Shown here piece after piece: positions 18,934-27,100 of a stretch of 46,310 nt of DNA. The translations under genes were made by a program, and so were the position numbers. The stretch lies in NCBI GenBank assembly GCA_012455605.1, contig GCA_012455605.1_3618.2; one strand, written 5' to 3'. How positions within the stretch are numbered: the stretch's first letter is position 1; the number at the start of each line of letters is the position of its first letter. This DNA is from a phage. The notes beneath the pieces are model-generated. The model was not told where the DNA came from and ran no database searches. It was given only the letters and a program-made list of their open reading frames with translations.

Positions 18934-19974
18934 ATGTCAAAACCTAGTTTTCCATTAGAGATTTGGGCAGAGGAGGATCAGGTTCTGCCTAACACCCACA
19001 GACAGAACAGGCTACGCCCGATTGATGATTTGTGGAGAAAAGGTTGGGATCTTGGTCAAAAGCCCTCATGTGAAGAACTTAACTATATTTTCAATATGCT
19101 CGGAACTTGGGCAAAATACATTGCTGACGAGCAGATCCCCGCTCAAGAAGGCCGTTATCTGGTACGTGATAATAACTTGAGTGATCTTTTGAACATTCCT
19201 GTTGCCCGTAGAAACCTTGGGATTATTACTAAGGAAGAGGCAGACGCCAGGTATGTAAAAGTTACAGGTGATACAATGACAGGCCCATTGGGTTTGCAAC
19301 GTATCAACTTTAAAGCTGCCGAGACAGATAAGGCTTGGATAGAGACAACTATTGGCCCAGATAAGACAACTCTCGACTTTGGGTTAAGTGATAATACTGG
19401 GGCGTTTGATGATGGTGGCACATCTACGGTAGATGCGTTTCGTTGGAGATTCCAGCCAACTCAGCCGGATATTAATCCAGAGTTCACTTTGATGTACCTT
19501 AACGCGATCACGGCTAACCGTGCGCTGTTGAAAGTGGTAGGCAATGTTGAAGTTGTCGATAACATGAGGTGCAATAACCTTACTATCAGCAATACAGCAA
19601 CATTCACCAACTGTAATGTGGCTAGTCAGTTGACGGCTGGGTCGGTATATGTTAATGGTGGTGCAAGTTGTGACAGTATGGTTGTAAGAAGCCAGCACTG
19701 TGTTGTCGGTAACAGAAATGTGGTTCGCTCTGTGAACGGAGTGACGGCTAACGGTAACGGTGATGTAACGATCACTATCCCGCAGACAGGTGTGCAAGAC
19801 ATCAGAATCGGTGCAAGACTTGTGGACGGAGTTTCTGAATCTCCAATCCGCAACGGCTACGTTGTCACAGGCTGGCATTTCGGTGACAAAAAAGAGATGC
19901 GTGGTTCAACCTACTGGGCAGGACCTTTACAAAAACTTGTAAATGGTCAATGGATCACTGTTAATTATGCATAG
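18934..19974 (+). CDS. Tail fibre protein (paralog A)
   Basis: 346 aa. N-terminus MSKPSFPLEIWAEEDQVLPN...KGWDLGQKP and C-terminus YWAGPLQKLVNGQWITVNYA conserved with gene 20989; fibre motif VARRNLGI; followed by a Tfa gene. Confidence 0.65.
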   Translation: MSKPSFPLEIWAEEDQVLPNTHRQNRLRPIDDLWRKGWDLGQKPSCEELNYIFNMLGTWAKYIADEQIPAQEGRYLVRDNNLSDLLNIPVARRNLGIITKEEADARYVKVTGDTMTGPLGLQRINFKAAETDKAWIETTIGPDKTTLDFGLSDNTGAFDDGGTSTVDAFRWRFQPTQPDINPEFTLMYLNAITANRALLKVVGNVEVVDNMRCNNLTISNTATFTNCNVASQLTAGSVYVNGGASCDSMVVRSQHCVVGNRNVVRSVNGVTANGNGDVTITIPQTGVQDIRIGARLVDGVSESPIRNGYVVTGWHFGDKKEMRGSTYWAGPLQKLVNGQWITVNYA

Positions 19975-19988
19975 ATCGGAGGACTAGC

Positions 19989-20573
19989 ATGAAAATACTT
20001 CAAGAGTTTAAACTTTACCAACCGGGATCTGGCGAATACCACGCCAACAAGGAAACCAAGGAGCTGACCCCTCAAGAGGTTGAGGATTACACCGCATACA
20101 CTGGGTATTTTTTACGTAATGATGATGGCGATTGGTATGTGCAGTCACGAACATTACGACAAGAAAATCCGGGTTGTATCTTCCTACTTGTTGACGAGAA
20201 GGGAATTCTTAAGACATCTACAGAAGAACCTGATGCCTTATGGCCTGCTCCAGGTCTTCGTGTGGTTATCGCCAAAAAAGAAGAGGTACCAGAAAACATT
20301 ATGCTTCACCACGACGCTTTGCGTTTAGTTGGTGATGAATTTGTCACAGATAATGAATTCTTTGTTCAACAGGCAGAGGGTGTCATAGAGACAGAACTTG
20401 CTTGGGCTACTGCTAGAATTGGTGCCTATCAAGACATGATTGACCTTGAATATGATCTTACTGATGACCAGAAACGTAACATCAGAGATTTGAAAATGTA
20501 CAGGGTAAAACTTCTTGAAATAGATACATCTAAAGCCCCTGACATTTTCTTCCCGGAGCGACCTACCCTCTAA
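19989..20573 (+). CDS. Tail fibre assembly chaperone (Tfa / gpG-like)
   Basis: 194 aa directly after a fibre gene; C-terminal signature KMYRVKLLEIDTSKAPDIFFPERP matches the conserved Tfa motif (YR..L...D...AP.I.WP..P). Confidence 0.75.
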   Translation: MKILQEFKLYQPGSGEYHANKETKELTPQEVEDYTAYTGYFLRNDDGDWYVQSRTLRQENPGCIFLLVDEKGILKTSTEEPDALWPAPGLRVVIAKKEEVPENIMLHHDALRLVGDEFVTDNEFFVQQAEGVIETELAWATARIGAYQDMIDLEYDLTDDQKRNIRDLKMYRVKLLEIDTSKAPDIFFPERPTL

Positions 20574-20584
20574 GAGGAGGTGTT

Positions 20585-20899
20585 GTGGAGTTGGATTTGG
20601 CGGCATTGTACGGTATCTGCATGGGTACCGTTGTCCCGATCTGTGTATGGGCTTTCAACCAGTGGCACACCAAATGGAAAGGCATTTCCAAGAGGTTGGA
20701 TGAACTGGAGAAAGACCTCATCTTAGTGAAAAACAGTATGGTTACAAAAGATAAACTTGATTCCGTTATCGAGACCCGGTTAAGCAAGCTAGAGGCCGAT
20801 ATTAACGACCTTAAGCAGGATGTCAGGACAGATGTCTCCGGTATCCGAGCTGATGTACAAAAGATTTTGCACATGCTCGTAGAGCATAGTAAAAGGTAA
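20585..20899 (+). CDS. Small membrane protein with N-terminal TM helix and coiled-coil tail (holin/i-spanin-like or fibre accessory)
   Basis: GTG start 4 nt after AGGAGG. Hydrophobic LAALYGICMGTVVPICVWAF followed by charged heptad-like sequence (LDELEKDLILVKNS...LSKLEADINDLKQDV). Confidence 0.35.
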   Translation: MELDLAALYGICMGTVVPICVWAFNQWHTKWKGISKRLDELEKDLILVKNSMVTKDKLDSVIETRLSKLEADINDLKQDVRTDVSGIRADVQKILHMLVEHSKR

Positions 20900-20908
20900 A
20901 CAAAGGTC

Positions 20909-20940
20909 AGAACGGAAAGGACTCCGTTCTTGCATTTTGT
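20909..20940 (+). terminator. Intrinsic terminator
   Basis: 8-bp stem AGAACGGA-aaggac-TCCGTTCT followed by TGCATTTTGTTCT. Confidence 0.55.
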
Positions 20941-20958
20941 TCTCTAAAGTGTTAAAAT
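20930..20958 (+). promoter_or_regulatory. sigma70-like promoter with extended -10 (TTGCAT-17-TGt-TAAAAT)
   Basis: TGTTAAAAT at 20950-20958, -35-like TTGCAT 17 nt upstream, overlapping the terminator tail; about 30 nt before gene 20989. Confidence 0.45.
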
Positions 20959-20988
20959 AGTCCTAAGGAATTTTCTCAGGAGAACGCG

Positions 20989-22032
20989 ATGACTAAACCA
21001 GTTATCCCTCTTGATATTTGGGCCAATCAGGATGTTGTGCTTGAAAATACGGGAGAGTTGAATAAGTCTCAACCAAAAAAAGAAGAGAGATTGAAAGGTT
21101 GGGATATGACCCAAAGAATGGCATGTGAAGTTGTTAACTTTGAACTTCACATGCTTTCTGCGTGGTTAAAGCATTTAACAGAAGATGTTGTCCCAGGATG
21201 GGATAATAGATTCTTAAGGGTCACTAATAATCTAGCAGACGTTCCAGACAAAGCTGCTGCACGTCAAGTTCTCAATGTATACTCACCTGAAGAAATGGAC
21301 GATCTATATGTTGACAAGTCTGGAGACATAATGACTCAGACTCAAACTTTAGGTCTTCAAAGAATCGAGTTTGCATCTGCGTCAACAGACAATGCGGCAA
21401 TATATACCACCATAACCTCAGACAAGACGATGATGGATTTCTGGATTATGGACAACATTGGTGGTGCTGACGGCACAGATCTTGATGATCCTTCTCACCA
21501 AATAGACGGGTTCCGTTGGAGATTTCAGCCTTCTGGTGGGCAGCCTGTGTTTTCGGCTATGAAGCTCAATGCTATAACTGCCAACCGTGCAAGACTGGCT
21601 ATCCAAGGAAATCTTGAATGCAACGATGCAAAAAGTTCCTCTGCAAATGCCAATGCGGTCACGATCCCGAGAGCCACTGTTAATGGACAACAATCTTGTG
21701 GAAGCGCTCAAATAGGTGGAAGAGTTGATTGTAACGATGAAACCGTCAGGGGACAATATGCAACAGTTGGTGGAAGAAACGTGGTCCGCAGGGTAAATGG
21801 TAACAGCGCAGACGGTAGTGGTAACCTTACTATCCCGATGCCTAGCAGAGGGGTTGATGATGTAAGGATAGCAAACCGTTTCAAAACCACCTACAGAGAG
21901 TCAAGAGTCTACCCTGGACATGTGATGTGCTCTGGTAACTACGCTTATAAACACCCTTATCAAGGTGATTACTGGACAGGTGCTATCCAAAAACTTGTAA
22001 ATGGTCAATGGATCACTATATCTTATGCTTAA
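20989..22032 (+). CDS. Tail fibre protein (paralog B)
   Basis: 347 aa. N-terminus MTKPVIPLDIWANQDVVLEN and C-terminus YWTGAIQKLVNGQWITISYA conserved with gene 18934; central region divergent; fibre motif DKAAARQVLNV. Confidence 0.65.
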   Translation: MTKPVIPLDIWANQDVVLENTGELNKSQPKKEERLKGWDMTQRMACEVVNFELHMLSAWLKHLTEDVVPGWDNRFLRVTNNLADVPDKAAARQVLNVYSPEEMDDLYVDKSGDIMTQTQTLGLQRIEFASASTDNAAIYTTITSDKTMMDFWIMDNIGGADGTDLDDPSHQIDGFRWRFQPSGGQPVFSAMKLNAITANRARLAIQGNLECNDAKSSSANANAVTIPRATVNGQQSCGSAQIGGRVDCNDETVRGQYATVGGRNVVRRVNGNSADGSGNLTIPMPSRGVDDVRIANRFKTTYRESRVYPGHVMCSGNYAYKHPYQGDYWTGAIQKLVNGQWITISYA

Positions 22033-22043
22033 AAAGAGGGTAA

Positions 22044-22310
22044 ATGAAACTAACTCAGTTTTTATGGGGACTGGTTGCGGCATCTGATGACCCTACGAAA
22101 GTATCCCAATCTAAGCTATGGTCGAACATAGGTATGGCGGTGATGACTGGGGTGTTTATTCATATGGGGTACAATGATACGCTCCCTGAATGGTATGCGT
22201 GGATATACGCGCCTTCAGTAGCTTGCCCCCAGCTTATTAGCAAATTCATCTCGCTCAGGTGGGGTTGCCAGCACCCTGACCACGTTAAAAACGAAGAGCA
22301 AAAAGCTTAA
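22044..22310 (+). CDS. Small hydrophobic protein, unknown
   Basis: 88 aa, RBS AGAGGG; one hydrophobic segment LWSNIGMAVMTGVFIHM; between two fibre genes. Confidence 0.4.
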   Translation: MKLTQFLWGLVAASDDPTKVSQSKLWSNIGMAVMTGVFIHMGYNDTLPEWYAWIYAPSVACPQLISKFISLRWGCQHPDHVKNEEQKA

Positions 22311-22319
22311 GGAGAAATC

Positions 22320-24065
22320 ATGGCGCAAGACATGACAAGCTTTGAGCAGGCGGTAGATCAAGTAATTGTTGATTCTGAACGTTTGCACCTGATTGTCAAC
22401 GGTAACGCTGTGGATGAAGTTGTCGTAGAGGATGGGACCACCATCCCTACGGTACGAAAAGCCATGCTTGACACCCTTTATTTTAAAACGCCACCGATCC
22501 CTTGGGCGTATGGTGCATCCACAACAGTTTTTAACCAGCTGTATGAGTTTAAAGGGGATACAGGCCCTCAGTGGTGGTACGCTCCCGCAGCATCAAAATC
22601 TAACCCGGTTAGAATGCCAGCAGATCCTTCACAATCTCCAAACTGGAGATTATACACCGACTCTGCAGTAATGGCAAAATACTACGCAAAACTTAACAGC
22701 CCAAGGTTCGAAGGTGACCCGCGAGTACCTACACCTCCAATGGACGATAAGTCAGAGTCCATAGCAAACACAGAGTTTGTTGTTGACTATGTTGATAGCA
22801 TATTTGAAGCCATGGAGGGGATGAAAGTTACTGTAGGGTCTTTGGTGGTAAAAGGTCTTACAGAACTCGCCAACACCATAGTTGGGGGCACCCTTACCTT
22901 ACATGGACCTGTTAATGGAGCGGATTCTACTGCACGCTTCAGGAACCTAATCCTCACGGCAAATACTTCTACACTTACTTTTGCGTGGAGCGATCCTAAG
23001 CATGCAGACTGGAGAAGTACAGAGCTGCAACCTCATGAAGTGTCCACCCACAGGGTTATAGCTGACACTATAACTTCTGGGAAACCAGTGGCTAATAATA
23101 ACGATGTACATTTTGATGGTCTGGGTAATAACTTTTTTGACTACGTGTACATTCGTGGTAATGCCATGAAGGCAGCAACCGAACCGACATTGCAGGTAGA
23201 TGGGACCACCAGGGTTAAGAACCTTGAGGTGACAGGTACCGTTACAGGGATAACCTACTCTGTCGATGGCACCATGATCTACCCTAGCTATATTGAAAGC
23301 ACGGGCGATGCATTGATAAACGGCGATTTGGAGGTTGGCGGGTCTGTAGTTATCCGAGGTACAGCCTCTATCCAAAATATAGCTCTGAATACTCTAAGAG
23401 TCAATGAGCGTGCAACTTTTGAAGGAGAAGGGCTTACAGCCAATAAAGGCACAATTACTGAGCTGACCACCACCACTTTAACTGCAACAACTGCAAACTC
23501 TGAAAACTGCAACATTACCAGAAACTTGCAGGTAAATGGAGATGTTAGTTTAAACGCCGCAGGGACTGGCACCACCTACCTTCACAATCTTGAAATATCC
23601 GGCACAGTGACCGGATGGCTGCCAGACTTCTCTAATGTCAACTTTGTCTGTAATGGCATTAACTCCAGTGGTAAGATAACCACCTCTCAAGAAATTGAGG
23701 CTGGTAAAACCATCACTGCCCCTACTTTCCACGCAGGGAAGGTAGATTTCGATTTAGAGGAGGTTGACGCGTCCAGTGGGACATGGACACCTAACGGGCA
23801 GGCCAGTATGTATGTTGTCCACGCTAAAGGGGATTTTACAATAGGGCAGTGGCCTGGGACATCAGCGGAAGATAAACCTTATCCATTTACTGCGGTTATC
23901 TATGTAATTCAGGATGCTGTAGGTCACAACGTGACTTTGCACGATAAGTATGCTATCCTGTCGGCAACACCTGTTATTAACAACAAGGCTAACAGTGTTA
24001 CCTTGCTGCAATTAACGTATTGTGGTGTTGGTGATATCGTAGATGTAGTAATTGCACAACGTTAA
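22320..24065 (+). CDS. Tail fibre/tailspike protein
   Basis: 581 aa. RBS identical to that of gene 1930 (taaggagaaatcATG). Gly/Thr/Asn-rich repetitive beta-strand-like sequence (TGTVTGITYSVDG, LTANKGTITELTTTTLTATTANSENCNIT). Confidence 0.55.
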   Translation: MAQDMTSFEQAVDQVIVDSERLHLIVNGNAVDEVVVEDGTTIPTVRKAMLDTLYFKTPPIPWAYGASTTVFNQLYEFKGDTGPQWWYAPAASKSNPVRMPADPSQSPNWRLYTDSAVMAKYYAKLNSPRFEGDPRVPTPPMDDKSESIANTEFVVDYVDSIFEAMEGMKVTVGSLVVKGLTELANTIVGGTLTLHGPVNGADSTARFRNLILTANTSTLTFAWSDPKHADWRSTELQPHEVSTHRVIADTITSGKPVANNNDVHFDGLGNNFFDYVYIRGNAMKAATEPTLQVDGTTRVKNLEVTGTVTGITYSVDGTMIYPSYIESTGDALINGDLEVGGSVVIRGTASIQNIALNTLRVNERATFEGEGLTANKGTITELTTTTLTATTANSENCNITRNLQVNGDVSLNAAGTGTTYLHNLEISGTVTGWLPDFSNVNFVCNGINSSGKITTSQEIEAGKTITAPTFHAGKVDFDLEEVDASSGTWTPNGQASMYVVHAKGDFTIGQWPGTSAEDKPYPFTAVIYVIQDAVGHNVTLHDKYAILSATPVINNKANSVTLLQLTYCGVGDIVDVVIAQR

Positions 24066-24074
24066 TATATCTAA

Positions 24075-24099
24075 CCGCTCCTGACGGGGCGGTTTTCTT
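24075..24099 (+). terminator. Intrinsic terminator
   Basis: Hairpin CCGCTCC-tgac-GGGGCGG (one G-U pair) followed by TTTTCTTA. Confidence 0.6.
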
Positions 24100-24113
24100 A
24101 TCTGGAGAACACA

Positions 24114-27100
24114 ATGCTTCCAATCCCTTTGCTAAAACTTGGTCGTCATTTCCTCGATAAGAGGGGTGGAATTAAGGAACTTGCTGTTCTGTCATACCCA
24201 ATAGACAACAGTGATGGTACAAGCAATACAGTATCCTATGTAAATAGCTTAGCTATACTTTTTGATGATGGTCAGCTTAATATTACTGGCTATAATAGGT
24301 TCGGAGAGTGTCGGACTGGAGATCTTGATACAATAAACTATCCTAATGAGGCAGCTTGGAACGTAGACCATGTTTGGAGAGCTGACCGTGCATTTGTAAT
24401 CCGCACATTCGATAATAAATTTTTCTATATTGGTTGCACAGCTGGTCTTATCGGATCGGAGGCAGCAGGTGGAAACGATGTTTGTGTCAGAGAGTGGACA
24501 CCTTTGCCGGAACAGATCGTAACAGGGTTGCATTTGGACACCCATCCTGAGAGACTTGTTGAAGTAATGGGTGGGGTAAACAATACAGTGTGGGTAATTG
24601 CTGCACCAGAGGCTGATGGTATGCTTCACCTGTACGGCTCTGGCAATAATACTTACGGCTCTCTTCATGTTGACAAAAATCAGCATGCAACCCCTGTAAA
24701 GATTGGTGAGACATCGGAAAATCCTGAAACAGGTCCTTGGAAAAACCCAAGCATCAACTGCGAGGTGCATGACAACTCTGTTATTTTCGGTGGTCCTAGA
24801 GGTTTCTGGATTGCTGGATATGACTTTCTGAGAAATAACAGTAGAAACGACCTTGTTTGGCCTCCTGTGCAGATTACTCGTAACGATTTGAGGGGCATTC
24901 CTGCAGATGAGGAGTGGAAAGGGTTTATGTGCGGTCCTAACGGGGCAATAATTGCCACACAGAGGATGCATAGACCCGATGACCAGCAGCTTGTTAACGT
25001 ATTTTATGGTCAAAACATTTGGGGGGATGATACATGGCGGGAACTGAATATCACCTACACCCATGAGGTAATAATGGCTCGTGGGTACGGAACAAGTGGC
25101 ATTTTCTTCAATAATGGCACCAAGCAGTATCGTGGATTCTCTCGCAACTTGTGTAATGATATTGGTGCACAATCTGCAAACAATAGTCCTAGGTCCGATT
25201 TTATCCACTATCAAGCTCTTGCTACAGCTAAATATGTTGAGCAACGCCTGCCAGTTAGCTGGACAGAGAGTGTTTATTTCCAAGGCATCCATAGAGAAGG
25301 TTTCTTAGGGACCTTTACTGTTGTTAATGGTAAACTTTGGTGGTCAGGCATCCCAAGGGGAAGTTTTGCAGGCTCTAACAACCTGTTTGGAGGCAGACTT
25401 AATAGCCAGGGGTTCACAGAGGTTCCTGAGAATTGGTATAAAAATGTCCCAGTAGATAGTTGGGGTGTTGATGATATTTTTGACGTTAACGGTGTTAGCA
25501 GCGTTAGCAATATCTACATTGGTGACACGGTCAAGATGAAATTGAAGCCTCAGCCAGAGGGAGCTACGTTCATTATTGACAAGATTGAACTGGTAAATGC
25601 TGCAGGTACGGTTGTTACAGATGCAAATTACCAATTCTCCACCAACTGGAACCACGGCGGGGCCAACGAAGTTGTTGTTACTCAGTATAACAGGAATGTG
25701 AACAGACGTGGCCTGTACTCTGTAAAAATAACCTATCATGACAAGCATGGCACAGGAAGAACGCACACGACAAGGACCTTGAACTGGAACACCATAGTTC
25801 CTGCGTATCCTTCTGACGGTAAGTGGCATACTGTCGGTAGAAACAAACAGTTCCATGTTAATGACACTGTATACTTCGGGCTGAATGGGACTCAGCCTGC
25901 GGTAGAAGGGGATACATCGTATATGGTCCGACTCCACAGAATGGATGCTGGATCAGTCACTTATGATGTTACCCAAGAGATTTATGATCAGAGACGAAAT
26001 ACCTACAACAACTTAGTGCAGACACAGGCCGTATGGGAGTTCAACCCTAACGGCAGAGGTGGTAAAATGTTGCAGGTTAACGAGCAAAACGGAACGTCGT
26101 TGACTGTCCACGAACACCCAGACCCTTGGCCTGATCCTGGAAAACCTCACCCAGGTGCTCGTACACTGAAAATTGTCAGCCATGATGCAGGATATTTCGG
26201 AATACGCTGGGAAGCCACAGTAAGATATGCCGACGGGACAACAAACAACATAGGGATTACACTTGGGGGCACCAGTGAGGATAACTCGCTGAAAATTGCC
26301 TACACTCCTAGAGGTATTTCTATTGATAATATGGATGTTGTTCGCAACGGTTACGGGGATGTGAACATCAAAGTTACTCTTGGTGAACATCTTGGCGGGG
26401 AAAGGATCATCATGTACGCCTTTGATCACGACCCCCGCACTGACGGAACCTATGCAGACCAAGCGTGGAGCTACCTGATAAGCGCACCTGAGCCAAATAC
26501 CAAAGAATTCTACTACGGTATGAAACGGGATGTGTGCAAGAAAACAGGGACACATGACTGGATTGCAATCTGCGTTAAAGATGAACGTACCGCTTGGGAC
26601 GAGCCTGTTAACAGATGGTTCATAGGAATTCCCACTCGAAGTGATAAATACGTTGAAGAATATATTGTATGCATGGGCGGCACCAACCTCAACATGTGTT
26701 GGAACGAGGATGCAAACAAATACTCTGATTACGATTATATGAGGGATTACTCTTGCAATCAATGGTTTAACCAAACCGGGTATGCTAATCGACAGTCAAG
26801 AGTAAACCCTGCAATCTTTACAGATACGCAGGTTTTCTTGACAAAACAGGCCAACGAGGTTCAGACCTTCAAGAACAAATACGACCCTAACAAGTGGTTT
26901 TATAACTGTTATGGCGCATTTTTCTGGGGGCCAGGGGAACTGCCTAACGGGGGATCTTGCTTCGAGGCTTCAACTTACGCCAGTGATTACATCATGGGGC
27001 AGGTTAAGAAGTATAAGATAATTCCAGGGCCTGAAACTCTTGGTAATGCCGTTGATCCTTATATCATCATGACTGCGCTGAGATCAAACATGGACGGGAC

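Noticed and set aside
24249-25292. 347-aa minus-strand ORF (and many other 60-250 aa antisense ORFs such as 9388-10044, 11823-12410, 26013-26774, 34567-35055)
   Set aside because: They lie entirely inside long, well-supported genes on the opposite strand, lack RBS signals and have odd compositions; treated as shadow ORFs.
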